From Acidobacteriota bacterium (GTDB lineage Bacteria; Acidobacteriota; Thermoanaerobaculia; UBA2201), in the NCBI GenBank assembly GCA_037441225.1, contig JBBISU010000019.1, positions 1-55,308 of the forward strand: a stretch of DNA of 55,308 nt, given 5' to 3'. Shown in pieces: positions 18,649 to 29,021 of this stretch. The number at the start of each line of letters is the position of its first letter. Within the stretch, counting starts at the first letter, position 1. A program made the translations under genes and the position numbers. Under the pieces are notes generated by a model. That model did no database searches. It saw only the letters and a list, made by a program, of their open reading frames with translations, and was not told the origin of the DNA.

Positions 18649-19987
18649 AGATAATGCAACAATACAGGGGCTTTTAAGGGAAATATTAGAACCATTAAAC
18701 TGTGAGCTCTTTTCTGCTTATACAGGTGAAGAAGGATTAAAAATATTAAAAGAAGAAGAAATAGATGTTGTGCTGTTGGATTTAATGCTTCCAAAGATAA
18801 CAGGATTAGAGATTCTTGATGTTTTAAGAGAAAGTTTTAGTACAATCCCAGTTATAGTAATAACTGCCTATGCTTCAATTGATACTGCCATAGAAGCAAT
18901 GAAAAGAGGTGCCTTTCATTATATTCCAAAACCTTTTAAAAATGAAGAAATAATAGTTCAAGTAAAAAAAGCATTGGAACAAAGGCAACTCATTGAAGAA
19001 AATATAAGATTAAAAGAAACACTTCTTCAAAAATATAGTTTTGCAAATATAATTGGAAAAAACTTTAAGATGCAAAAGATTTTTGACTTGATTAAGATGG
19101 CTGCTCCTTCCAATTCAAACATATTGATAACAGGAGAAAGTGGGACAGGGAAAGAACTTGTTGCAAGAGCAATCCATTTAAGTTCTAAAAGAAAAGATAA
19201 GCCCTTTATTCCAATAGATTGTGGAACAATGGAACCACTTTTGCTTGAAAGCAATCTCTTTGGACATATTAAAGGCGCCTTTACAGGTGCTATATCAAAT
19301 AAAAAAGGACTCCTTGAAGTAGCAGATGGTGGCTCTCTTTTTATGGATGAAATTGGCTCAATCCCATGGGAGACACAGGCAAAAATTTTAAGAGTAATTC
19401 AAGAAAAGGAATTTTTGCCTTTAGGTGGTATAAATTTTAAAAAAGTTGATGTTAGATTGATATCTGCAACAAATGTTGATTTAAATAAACTTATAGAAGA
19501 AGGAAAATTCAGACAGGATTTGTATTATAGGTTAAATGTAATACATATCCATTTGCCACCTTTAAGGGAAAGAAAAGAAGATATACCTCTTTTAGTTGAT
19601 TTTTTCTTAAAAAAATATGGAAAAGAAAATGAAAAAGAAAATTTAAAAATATCTCCCCAAGCTTTAAAAATATTGATGGATTATGACTGGTATGGAAATG
19701 TAAGGGAGCTTGAAAATGCAATTGAAAGAGCTGTTGTTTTGTGCCCTGATTTAGAAATAACAACAGAACATCTTCCAAGAGAAATTTTAAGACCCTCAAG
19801 AGCTATTAAAATTTTTAGTATTGATGATCCCGAATTTTCTTATAAAAAAGCAATGGAAGAATATCAAAAAAAGATAATAAAAGAAGCACTTGATAAAGCA
19901 GAAGGAATACAAAGAAGAGCAGCAAAAATTTTGAAGATAAAACCTTCTACCTTGAATATTCTTGTAAAAAAATTAAAGATTTTATAA
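18629..19987 (+). CDS. Sigma-54-dependent response regulator (NtrC/AtoC family)
   Basis: Receiver domain (VVLLDLMLPK), AAA+ Walker A GESGTGKE, sigma-54 contact loop GAFTGA, and C-terminal Fis-type HTH. Overlaps the kinase gene by 20 nt. Confidence 0.92.
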   Translation: MKILIIEDNATIQGLLREILEPLNCELFSAYTGEEGLKILKEEEIDVVLLDLMLPKITGLEILDVLRESFSTIPVIVITAYASIDTAIEAMKRGAFHYIPKPFKNEEIIVQVKKALEQRQLIEENIRLKETLLQKYSFANIIGKNFKMQKIFDLIKMAAPSNSNILITGESGTGKELVARAIHLSSKRKDKPFIPIDCGTMEPLLLESNLFGHIKGAFTGAISNKKGLLEVADGGSLFMDEIGSIPWETQAKILRVIQEKEFLPLGGINFKKVDVRLISATNVDLNKLIEEGKFRQDLYYRLNVIHIHLPPLRERKEDIPLLVDFFLKKYGKENEKENLKISPQALKILMDYDWYGNVRELENAIERAVVLCPDLEITTEHLPREILRPSRAIKIFSIDDPEFSYKKAMEEYQKKIIKEALDKAEGIQRRAAKILKIKPSTLNILVKKLKIL

Positions 19988-20076
19988 TTCTAATTCGTAT
20001 AATTAAATAATAAAAATTTTTTTGAATTTTTTTTATTTTTAAGTTAAAATATAAAAATAAATATTAGGAGGAAAAA

Positions 20077-20580
20077 ATGAAACAAAGTTTCTCTTTAAAA
20101 GAACTAATTGAGTATGCCTTGAGAAGGGAAGTGTTTTCAAAGAGATTGTATGAAAAACTTTCAGAAATGATCGAGAAAACAGAAGCAAAGATGATGATTA
20201 TAGAGCTTGCAAATTTTGAAGCAAGCCATATACAAGATTTTTCACTTGCCTTAGATTTGGAAATAAGGAGGGAAAAAATAAATTTAAAAGAATTTTTAAA
20301 TAAATGCGAGGAAACCCCTCTTGATGTTCCAGGTTATTTTAAAGAGCAAGATATTGAAAAAGCAAATATAGGAAAAATTTTGCAAATTGCAAAAAAGATG
20401 GAAAAGGAACAGGCAATTTTTTATAAAGATTTGTCAAAACAAACAGATAATCCTCATATATCAGAAACAGCAGATAAACTTTCTGGACAAGAAATGGAAC
20501 ATTTAAAATATATTAAAAGAATAGAAGAAATTTTAAATTTAGACATTGAAACTATGGAAGGAGAATTTCACGCCCAATGA
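20077..20580 (+). CDS. Ferritin-like / rubrerythrin-family di-iron protein
   Basis: Two E...ExxH pairs (EASH, EMEH) in a ~165-aa helical protein, with a strong SD (taggagg). ATGA overlap with metG. Confidence 0.6.
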   Translation: MKQSFSLKELIEYALRREVFSKRLYEKLSEMIEKTEAKMMIIELANFEASHIQDFSLALDLEIRREKINLKEFLNKCEETPLDVPGYFKEQDIEKANIGKILQIAKKMEKEQAIFYKDLSKQTDNPHISETADKLSGQEMEHLKYIKRIEEILNLDIETMEGEFHAQ

Positions 20581-22646
20581 ATAAAAAGATTTTAATAACT
20601 TCTGCACTTCCTTATGCAAATGGTCCAATTCATTTAGGACATCTCGTTGAATATATACAGACAGATATATATGTAAGATATTTAAAAATGAAAGGAGAAA
20701 AGGTTTTATATGTTTGTGCCGATGATACCCATGGCGCTCCAATTGAGATAAATGCTCAAAAACAAGGCATTACACCAGAAGAATTGATAAAAAAAATGTT
20801 TGAAGAACATTTAAGAGATTTTAAAGATATGCAAATTGAATTTGATTCTTATCATTCTACAAATAGTCCTGAAAACAAATTCTTTTCTGACTTAATATTT
20901 AAAAGATTGAGAGATAAAGGGGATATATATACAAAGGAAATAGAGCAAACCTACTGTACTATTTGTAAAAGATTTCTTCCAGATAGATTCGTAAGGGGAA
21001 CTTGTCCAAAGTGTGGAGCCCAAGACCAATATGGTGATGTCTGTGAGGTCTGTAACTCTATTTATGAGCCAGTAGATTTAATAAAGCCAAGGTGTGCAAT
21101 TTGTGGAGGAATACCAATAAAAAAGAAATCTTCCCATTATTTTTTTAAATTAACTTCATACAGTGATTTTTTAAAAAGATGGATTGAAGATAATCCAAAT
21201 TTTCAGGAATCAATAAAGGGATACCTTCTTTTTTGGATAAATTCTGGTTTAAAGGACTGGGATATTTCAAGGGATGCCCCTTATTTTGGTTTTAAAATCC
21301 TTGATGAAGAAGATAAATATTATTATGTTTGGTTGGATGCACCAATTGGCTATATCTCTTCAACTAAATTTTGGTGTGATAAAAATGGCTTTGATTATAA
21401 AGATTTTTGGGAAAGACCTGAAACTGATATAATTCATTTTATAGGAAAGGACATAATTTATTTCCACTTTCTTTTCTGGCCTGCAATTTTAAAAGGAGCT
21501 GGCTTTAATTTGCCAAAAAATATTGTAGTCCATGGATTTTTAACAGTTCAAGGACAAAAAATGTCTAAGTCAAAAGGAACTTTTTATACTGCTGAAGATT
21601 TTTTAAAACAATTTCCACCTGAGTTTTTAAGATTTTATTATGCAGCTCATCTAAATTCAGAACCTTTTGACCTTGATTTAAATGGAAGCCATTTTAAAGA
21701 TACAATAAATGGTAAATTAATTGATAATTGGTGCAATTTAATAAACAGAGTATTTCAGTTTATTGAAAAAAATTTAGATGGAAAGATTGTGCCACAAGTT
21801 CCTCCACAAGAAGATAGAGTGTATGAACTCATAGATGAGATAATATTAAATTATTCAAAACTTCAATATCATTTTGTTGTAAGGGATTTATTGGAGCTTT
21901 CAGATATAGGAAATGGCTATATGCAGTTTACAGAGCCCTGGAAAATTTTAAAAGAATCAAAAGAGGAAGCGATTAATTTAACATCTCGCCTTTGTGAATT
22001 AATTAAAAATATTGGTATTTTATTTTATCCAATCCTTCCAGAATATTCAAAGAAGATTTTGAATTCCTTAAGACTTGAAAAATTTGATATTTCAAATTTA
22101 AAAAAACCAATTAAAGAAAATATTTTAAAAGCAGAAAAAATCACTTTAAACAAGATAGATTTTGAACCCTTTAAAGTGATAGTTCCAATTGATAAACTAA
22201 GGCTTCAAGTGGCAGAAGTAATAGAGGCAAGGGAACATCCGAAAGCTGAAAAACTTATAATTTTAAAAATAAATCTTGGAGACAGCACAAGACAAATTGT
22301 TGCTGGGATTAAAAATTATTATAAATTAGAAGAACTTATGGAGAAAAAAATAGTTGTTTTAACAAACTTAAAATGGGTAAAGCTTCGTGGAGAAGAAAGT
22401 CAAGGAATGCTTTTAGCTGCTTCTTCTGAAGATAAAGTTTCTGTATTGGTTTCAAAACAAAAGCCCGGTACTTTCTTAGAAGCAGGCGGAGTTTTGGCAG
22501 ATAATACAGAAGAAATAACCATTGAGGATTTTGCAAAATACAAAATAGAGGCAATTGGTGGTAAAGTTTATTTTGAAGGAGAAATACTAAAGGCAGGAGA
22601 AGAAGAAATTTTAACAGATTTTCCAATTTCTGGAAATGTAAAATAG
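20577..22646 (+). CDS. metG: Methionine--tRNA ligase with C-terminal tRNA-binding (EMAP-like) domain
   Basis: ALPYANGPIHLGHL (HIGH), KMSKSKG, zinc knuckles CPKCG../CEVCN../CAICG, and C-terminal VAEVIEAREHPKAEKLIILKINLG. Confidence 0.95.
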   Translation: MNKKILITSALPYANGPIHLGHLVEYIQTDIYVRYLKMKGEKVLYVCADDTHGAPIEINAQKQGITPEELIKKMFEEHLRDFKDMQIEFDSYHSTNSPENKFFSDLIFKRLRDKGDIYTKEIEQTYCTICKRFLPDRFVRGTCPKCGAQDQYGDVCEVCNSIYEPVDLIKPRCAICGGIPIKKKSSHYFFKLTSYSDFLKRWIEDNPNFQESIKGYLLFWINSGLKDWDISRDAPYFGFKILDEEDKYYYVWLDAPIGYISSTKFWCDKNGFDYKDFWERPETDIIHFIGKDIIYFHFLFWPAILKGAGFNLPKNIVVHGFLTVQGQKMSKSKGTFYTAEDFLKQFPPEFLRFYYAAHLNSEPFDLDLNGSHFKDTINGKLIDNWCNLINRVFQFIEKNLDGKIVPQVPPQEDRVYELIDEIILNYSKLQYHFVVRDLLELSDIGNGYMQFTEPWKILKESKEEAINLTSRLCELIKNIGILFYPILPEYSKKILNSLRLEKFDISNLKKPIKENILKAEKITLNKIDFEPFKVIVPIDKLRLQVAEVIEAREHPKAEKLIILKINLGDSTRQIVAGIKNYYKLEELMEKKIVVLTNLKWVKLRGEESQGMLLAASSEDKVSVLVSKQKPGTFLEAGGVLADNTEEITIEDFAKYKIEAIGGKVYFEGEILKAGEEEILTDFPISGNVK

Positions 22647-22655
22647 GAGACAATT

Positions 22656-23261
22656 ATGCTTATTTTAATTCTTTTTTCTCTTTTTCCAAAGTATCCTTCT
22701 GAGATAATTTTTAGTGTTTTGGAAAAAAATATTGAAATAAAAATAATTTCTGAAGGTGAAAAATTTAGGATTGAAGTTTTAGGAAAGAGTGGTGAAATTT
22801 ATTATAAAGAAAAAGATAAAATTATGGTTCTTCAAGATAATAATTGGAAAGAAATAAAAAGCCCCTTATACAATGAAAACAATTTTTTCCTTTGCCTTTT
22901 TCTTGAAAAAAATGAAAATTTTCAAAGTGAAATTGAAAAAGATGAAAATGGTTTAAAAGGGGCAGTTATTTCAAGTAAAGAATGGGGAAAAGTTAATTTG
23001 AAAAGAATTAAATTTAATAAGTTGGAAGAAATCCCAGAAGGTATTTTTCCAAAAAAATCAAAACTAAATCTTTCAAAATTTAAATCTCTCCTTATGGGGG
23101 AAGATGAAAAGGAGGTTTCAGCAACAGCTGGAGCAAGGGGTGTTGGAGAAGAAGAAAATTTAGAAGCAGAACCAAATTATAACGCTTTAAAAGAAGTAGA
23201 AAAAATAACTGTTTCAAAAGAAGAAGTTGAAGAATTTGCAAAAGAGGTGAAATCTAAATGA
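22656..23261 (+). CDS. Hypothetical protein
   Basis: 201-aa ORF, co-directional with the M48 gene and overlapping it by 4 nt. No motif I can name. Confidence 0.5.
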   Translation: MLILILFSLFPKYPSEIIFSVLEKNIEIKIISEGEKFRIEVLGKSGEIYYKEKDKIMVLQDNNWKEIKSPLYNENNFFLCLFLEKNENFQSEIEKDENGLKGAVISSKEWGKVNLKRIKFNKLEEIPEGIFPKKSKLNLSKFKSLLMGEDEKEVSATAGARGVGEEENLEAEPNYNALKEVEKITVSKEEVEEFAKEVKSK

Positions 23262-24052
23262 AAAAAATTATTATTACTATTTTAATTTTTTCTCTCTATT
23301 CTTTTGCTCAGGACTGGAAAAAGATTGGTTCAATTTTTGGTGGCTTTAACAGGGAATTTACAGAAGAGGAAGAAAAAGAAATAGGGAGAGAAATTGCAGC
23401 AAAACTTTTAGGAATATATAAATTGTATAAAAATGATGAAATGACAAAATATATAAATTTAGTTGGGAAATATGTTGCTTTATCTTCTCCTGAACCAAAA
23501 AGAGAATATATATTTGCAATCCTTGACACTGATACAATAAATGCTTATTCTTGTCCCGGAGGGTATATTTTTGTTACCTTAGGACTTTTAAAAATTTTAT
23601 CTTCTGAGGCAGAGCTTGCAACAATCTTATCACATGAAATTGCCCATATAACTGAAAAACACATACTTAAAGAAATTAAAAGAGCAAATATTTTAGGAGA
23701 AGGAACTGAAATTTTAGCAGAGAAATCAATTGGAGGAAAAGGGATAGGAAAAGACCTTGCAAAGAAATTATCAAAAAAAGCAATGGAAACCCTTTTGAAA
23801 AAAGGGCTTGCAAAAAAGGATGAATATAAGGCAGATGAAATTGGCTTTGAGATTTCTTGTAAAGCAGGTTATTCATCAAAGGAATATTTAGAATTTTTAA
23901 AAAAATTAGAAAAAATAACAAAGGAACCAGGTATGGCAGTTTTAATAAAAACTCATCCAACTCCAGAGAATCGCTTTAAGGAACTAATAAAGAAGGATTG
24001 TTCTTCTGATATAATATTAAAAGAAAGATTTAAGGAAAGAACAAATTTATGA
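23258..24052 (+). CDS. M48-family zinc metallopeptidase (secreted/periplasmic)
   Basis: Signal peptide, HEIAHITEKH (HExxH), and downstream E in ADEIGFE. Confidence 0.8.
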   Translation: MKKIIITILIFSLYSFAQDWKKIGSIFGGFNREFTEEEEKEIGREIAAKLLGIYKLYKNDEMTKYINLVGKYVALSSPEPKREYIFAILDTDTINAYSCPGGYIFVTLGLLKILSSEAELATILSHEIAHITEKHILKEIKRANILGEGTEILAEKSIGGKGIGKDLAKKLSKKAMETLLKKGLAKKDEYKADEIGFEISCKAGYSSKEYLEFLKKLEKITKEPGMAVLIKTHPTPENRFKELIKKDCSSDIILKERFKERTNL

Positions 24053-26040
24053 AAAATTTTTGTGTTTTTATTTTAATTTTAATTTCAAGTTTTTCTTTTA
24101 GTCAAAATGTAGTTTTAATTACCCTTGACACAACAAGGCAGGATTCTCTCTCTTGTTATGGACAAAAGGGAATAAAAACAGAAAATTTAGACAAATTTGC
24201 AGAAAAATCGTATATTTTCTTAAATGCTTTTTCTCCAGTTCCACAGACACTTCCAGCCCATTGTACAATCTTTACTGGAACCTATCCCTTTGAGCATAAA
24301 GTAAGGGATAATTTAATAAATTTCTTGCCAGATGAAGCATTGACAATAACAGAAATATTAAAAGAGAAAGGTTATTCAACTGGTGCAGTTATATCCTCAG
24401 CTGTATTAAATCACAGATTTGGTTTAAAACAAGGCTTTGATTTTTATGATGATAAAATAGAAAAGAAAACTGGTGAAATAAAAGCAGAAGAAACAACAAA
24501 AAAAGCTTTGGAAATTTTAAAAAAATTAAAAGAACCATATTTCTTATGGGTCCATTATTATGATCCCCACCATCCTTATATGCCTCCAAAAGAAATAAAA
24601 GCGCCATCAAATTATTTAGGTGAAGTTTTATTTATGGATCAAAATTTAGGTAAATTATTTGAAAGTTTGAATCTCAATAATACCTTAATTATTATTGCAG
24701 GAGACCATGGGGAGTCCTTAGGTGAGCATAAAGAAAAAGAACATGCTGCCTTGCTTTATAATCCAGCAATTTCAATCCCTCTTTTATTACATTATCCTGG
24801 TCAAACAAAAAAGGAAGAGAGCAAAGAAAATGTTTCTCTGGTTTCAATTTTCCCTACAATAACTGAATTTTTGAAAATTGATATAAAAACTAATTATCCA
24901 TCTCTTTTGAAATCAGTAAACCCATCAATTTATCTGGAAACATATTATCCCTTTTTTAGTTTTCACTGGTCTCCCTTGAGGGGTATTATAAAAGAAAATC
25001 ATAAGCTAATACTTTCTTCAAGTGATGAAGAATTATATGACATTTCAAAAGACAAAAAGGAAGAGAAAAATTTAATAAAAAGTAAAGAAAAAATTGCCAA
25101 AAAATTAAAGGAAGAATTTTTTAAATTAACTACAGAGAAGGACTTTATGCCACTTCAAAGCAAAGGACATTCAGTCCCTGATGAATTAAAAAAACAACTC
25201 CAATCCTTAGGGTATATTGATGGCTCTTTTTTAGATCCAAGTGAAGCTAAACAAAAACTCCCAAATCCAAGGGATTTAGTTGATATTATTGATTTTTTAG
25301 TTCATAAAGGAAGGGAATTAATAATATCAAAGGATGCTGATTCAGTTATAAAAAATGTAAAAGAGATTTTAAAAAGAGATCCCAAAAACTTTCTTGCAAT
25401 GAATTTGGCAGGCGAGGCATATTGGATTAAAGAGGACTATAAAAGAGCAAAAGAAATTTTTGAAGCTGCCTTGAAAATTGCAGAGCATTCTTATCAGCTG
25501 CATGGAAATTACGGCTATTCTTTATTTAAACTTGGAGATCTTGAAGGTGCTAAAAAGGAATATGAAAGAGCATTAGAATTAAATGAAGATTACCCAGAGG
25601 GCTATGCTTATTATTCTGAATATTATTTATCAAAAAAGGATGTAAGAAATGCTTCCGACTTGCTTGAAAAAGCATTAAAAAAAGAATTAATTCATCCAAG
25701 GATTTATTATAACTATGGCTTAATTAAATTAGAAAAAAAAGATTTAAAAGGAGCAATAAGTTATTTTGAAAAAGCTTATGAAATAGATAAAAATTTCTTT
25801 GAATGTATTGGAAATTTAGCTTTTTGTTATTTCCAGTTGGGTGATAAAGAAAAAGCCTGGCAACATCTACAAGAAGGATTAAAAATAAATCCTAAAGATT
25901 TTAATATTTTAAAGGCATCAATAACAGTTGCAATAGAATTAAACAAAATTAAGGAAGCAGAAGAACTAGCAAAAAAATTAATTGAACTTTACCCTAACTC
26001 ACCTGAGGCACAAAGTTTAAAACCATTTTTTAAAAAATAA
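24049..26040 (+). CDS. Sulfatase-like alkaline-phosphatase-superfamily enzyme fused to C-terminal TPR repeats (paralog 1)
   Basis: Signal peptide, VVLITLDTTRQDSL metal site, SPVPQTLPAHCTIFTG nucleophile motif, GDHGESLGEH, and about 250 aa of TPR at the C-terminus. Confidence 0.85.
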   Translation: MKNFCVFILILISSFSFSQNVVLITLDTTRQDSLSCYGQKGIKTENLDKFAEKSYIFLNAFSPVPQTLPAHCTIFTGTYPFEHKVRDNLINFLPDEALTITEILKEKGYSTGAVISSAVLNHRFGLKQGFDFYDDKIEKKTGEIKAEETTKKALEILKKLKEPYFLWVHYYDPHHPYMPPKEIKAPSNYLGEVLFMDQNLGKLFESLNLNNTLIIIAGDHGESLGEHKEKEHAALLYNPAISIPLLLHYPGQTKKEESKENVSLVSIFPTITEFLKIDIKTNYPSLLKSVNPSIYLETYYPFFSFHWSPLRGIIKENHKLILSSSDEELYDISKDKKEEKNLIKSKEKIAKKLKEEFFKLTTEKDFMPLQSKGHSVPDELKKQLQSLGYIDGSFLDPSEAKQKLPNPRDLVDIIDFLVHKGRELIISKDADSVIKNVKEILKRDPKNFLAMNLAGEAYWIKEDYKRAKEIFEAALKIAEHSYQLHGNYGYSLFKLGDLEGAKKEYERALELNEDYPEGYAYYSEYYLSKKDVRNASDLLEKALKKELIHPRIYYNYGLIKLEKKDLKGAISYFEKAYEIDKNFFECIGNLAFCYFQLGDKEKAWQHLQEGLKINPKDFNILKASITVAIELNKIKEAEELAKKLIELYPNSPEAQSLKPFFKK

Positions 26041-26070
26041 AAAAGGGCGGGGAACCCCCGCCCTTTTGGG
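26041..26070. terminator. Bidirectional Rho-independent terminator between convergent genes
   Basis: aaaaGGGCGGGGaaCCCCCGCCCtttt: GC-rich stem flanked by an A-run and a T-run. Confidence 0.85.
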
Positions 26071-26088
26071 TGAATCTTTAATTAAATA

Positions 26089-28932
26089 TTAAAATTCAAC
26101 ACGAAGTCCAATTTCATAAGATCTTGGAGTCATCCAGGCATAAGCATCACCAAAATCAATTGGATAGCCATCTGGATAAAGGTCAGTGAAAACAGTTCCA
26201 CCTGAACCATCGCCAGCGCCTTCTTCATTTGGATCTGTTGACCACCATCTGCCGTTACGAGCCAATACAAATTCATTATTTGTTAAATTATTTATTGACA
26301 AAATTGCCTTTGCTTTTACACCTTCTGTAATATTAAAGCCCTTTGAAACCTGAAAATCAATCCACCATATAGAATTGAGACGATAAGAACCCCTCTTTTC
26401 TAAGAAGTAATCTCCATAAGTTGGTGGCTCTGGATAGCCTTCGCCTTGTATTCCATATCTGTCTGTGTATTTTGTATAAGGCCTGCCAGTTCTAAAGAAA
26501 GCATTCATTCCAACTGAAAAATCATAGGGCAAGAAGAAATAACCATTTAATTTTAAATAGTGTCTGTTGTCAAGAGATGCGTAACCATATCTGTTTATAT
26601 AATGTATTGGCAAATCAAAATCAGTTCCAGCATTTTGTGTATAACCAACACTTTCATATGCCTTTGAATAAGTATAATCTAACTTTACATGGAACCAATC
26701 CTTATACCTTGATTCAAGTTTTAAAATATAACCATAGTAATACCTTAAAGCATAAGGATTATTTCTCATATAAAAGAACTGGCAGAGATCCCAATAATAG
26801 TCAGCCCAGGTATCTGGATCATCTATATAATCAATTGGATCAATGAAATTTCCATCTTCATCATAGCCACCACAGCTATCTTCTAAGATATCTTTTGTCC
26901 TCTTTTGAACATAAGTGAGTTCCAAACCTGTCCTTGGGAAAATTTCCCTTTCAATCCCAATTGAAAATTGATCTGCATAAGTAGGTCTTAAATTTGGATC
27001 TGCTTTATTACCAGTTAAAGTTATATCTTGATATAGTAAATACCCTTCTTCATCACAGGGACCAAATATTTCGCAAACCTCTTCAGGAGTCATACCAAAA
27101 TACCAGGCAAAAAATTCTGCTGAATACCATAAAGAATAAGAATAATCGCTTGCTCTCAAAAATTCTGGAAGGGTTAAGGCAGAAGGATGCATAAACCTTC
27201 CATAATAACCTCTTAAAACTGTCTTTGCATCATTAAAGATATCCCAAGCAAAACCAAGCCTTACTTGCCATTTCTTGAAGTCAGCCACTGGTCCTTTTCT
27301 GTAATCCATAATATCTGGATCAAAATATGTTCTTTGATCATTCCAGTATTTTGCAACATCATATCTTATACCAGGTTTTACTGTTAAATTTGGAAGAATT
27401 CTCCATTCATCTTGCAAATATAATGTCCATTGCTTTCCTTTATATTCCAGTTCTGGAACTCTTTCATAAACATATTTGAAATAAGGTTCTGAAGTTCCAT
27501 CGTCATCGTAATCCCAGTAATAATAAGAACGGTCGCCCGGAGTAAAGGAATACCAACCAAATAAAACATCATGATATTCACCACCAAATTTAAAGGTATG
27601 GTCTCCAACTAAATTGTTTTTAAAATAGGTTAAAGAAAACAAACCTTCTTTTCTATCTCTATCTGAGTATTGTGCATTTGGGTAATTTCCCCAGGAATAG
27701 CCAGTTGAAATATCATAATAACTTGGAGAGTCCAGATCCCCTGTCTCCGGATATGCATCTAAATATTGATTGTTAATACCAATTTTAAATGTAAAAAGCA
27801 AGTTGTTAGAAAAAATTCTTGAATAGTCCAATTGGTATATATCTCCACCTTGATCCTGCCTATATGTTGCTTCATAAGCATTTAATATATCTGCATTTAC
27901 ACTGTGAATTGCTGCAGGATCTGCTGAATATTTACCAATCAATGTATCATTTGGAGATATCTGCCAGGTAACTTTACCCATATAATTTTGACCATCCCAT
28001 TTGTAATTGTAGTCAACTCCAGCTGGAGTCACTTTTGCTTGTTCATCTTGAACAGAAAAGAAGAACCATACCTTATCTTTTATAATTGGTCCGCCAAGTG
28101 AAAAGGCAGGGTTGTAGAATGAAGTGTCATCTCTTTGCGGATCATAGGGTTCCCAAACAGGATATTTATCAGAACCTTCATAAAAAGATTCATTGGAGTA
28201 CCTGATATCAAAGGAACCATCAAAGGTATTTCCACCTGATTTTGTGATAACATTTACAATTCCACCAGTTGCTTGTCCATATTCTGCTTCAAATCCACCT
28301 GTTTGAAATGAAATCTCCTGGATTGCATCAAAATTAAAATTTGTACCAAAAGTTGCAGTTACTGGATCTGTTGTAGAAAGTCCATCAATTAAATAGTTGT
28401 TTTCTCCTAATGTAGAACCCAAAACAGAAGGATTTGCACCACCAGCAACTCCACCTGTTTGAGCAAGAACACTTTGATAAGACCTTCCACCAGAGCCAAT
28501 TGCTGTTTCTTGAAGGTAAGTTGAATCAAAAACATCACCAGTATTTGTCTGGGTTGGGTCAACAATCGGTGCTTGTCCTACAACTATAACTTCTTCTTTA
28601 AACTTTTCTGCTGGCTGCATCTTGATTATCAATTTGGTTGTTCTGTCCAAGCTAACTTTATTCTTTTCATATCTTGCAGGCTGCCAGCCTTCAATTTGAC
28701 AACTCACTGCATATTCACCGGGTTTCAACTGGATAAACAATGCTTCGCCTTTTTCATTTGTTAGCAATGTCTTTGTTCCCATCATAGCAGGAGATTCAAT
28801 TGTAATAGATACACCTGGAAGTGGTTGGTCATTTTCATCAACTACTGAAACTAATAGCTGCCCATACTCCACTACAGCAAAAGAAAAACTACTCAAAAAA
28901 ACTAAAAATAAACTTAAAAAAAACTTCTTCAT
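26089..28932 (-). CDS. TonB-dependent receptor with N-terminal carboxypeptidase-regulatory-like domain
   Basis: Signal peptide, CarboxypepD_reg-like beta-sandwich (VVDENDQPLPGVSITIES..KPGEYAV), plug region (NYLIDGLSTTDP), a long Y/G/D/N-rich barrel, and a terminal ..GLRVEF. Confidence 0.88.
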   Translation of the reverse strand: MKKFFLSLFLVFLSSFSFAVVEYGQLLVSVVDENDQPLPGVSITIESPAMMGTKTLLTNEKGEALFIQLKPGEYAVSCQIEGWQPARYEKNKVSLDRTTKLIIKMQPAEKFKEEVIVVGQAPIVDPTQTNTGDVFDSTYLQETAIGSGGRSYQSVLAQTGGVAGGANPSVLGSTLGENNYLIDGLSTTDPVTATFGTNFNFDAIQEISFQTGGFEAEYGQATGGIVNVITKSGGNTFDGSFDIRYSNESFYEGSDKYPVWEPYDPQRDDTSFYNPAFSLGGPIIKDKVWFFFSVQDEQAKVTPAGVDYNYKWDGQNYMGKVTWQISPNDTLIGKYSADPAAIHSVNADILNAYEATYRQDQGGDIYQLDYSRIFSNNLLFTFKIGINNQYLDAYPETGDLDSPSYYDISTGYSWGNYPNAQYSDRDRKEGLFSLTYFKNNLVGDHTFKFGGEYHDVLFGWYSFTPGDRSYYYWDYDDDGTSEPYFKYVYERVPELEYKGKQWTLYLQDEWRILPNLTVKPGIRYDVAKYWNDQRTYFDPDIMDYRKGPVADFKKWQVRLGFAWDIFNDAKTVLRGYYGRFMHPSALTLPEFLRASDYSYSLWYSAEFFAWYFGMTPEEVCEIFGPCDEEGYLLYQDITLTGNKADPNLRPTYADQFSIGIEREIFPRTGLELTYVQKRTKDILEDSCGGYDEDGNFIDPIDYIDDPDTWADYYWDLCQFFYMRNNPYALRYYYGYILKLESRYKDWFHVKLDYTYSKAYESVGYTQNAGTDFDLPIHYINRYGYASLDNRHYLKLNGYFFLPYDFSVGMNAFFRTGRPYTKYTDRYGIQGEGYPEPPTYGDYFLEKRGSYRLNSIWWIDFQVSKGFNITEGVKAKAILSINNLTNNEFVLARNGRWWSTDPNEEGAGDGSGGTVFTDLYPDGYPIDFGDAYAWMTPRSYEIGLRVEF

Positions 28933-29021
28933 AAAACCTCCTTATTTTAATTTAAAAACCTAAAAACCAAAAACAAAATTAAATCCAAATTTTTTTTAAG
29001 CACCTCCTCAGTTTATAATAA

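Noticed and set aside
26089-28932. Higher G+C of the TonB-dependent receptor gene as evidence of horizontal transfer
   Set aside because: The shift can be explained by the G/Y/D/T/W-rich composition of barrel proteins in an AT-rich genome. Without genome-wide codon statistics it is not evidence of foreign origin.
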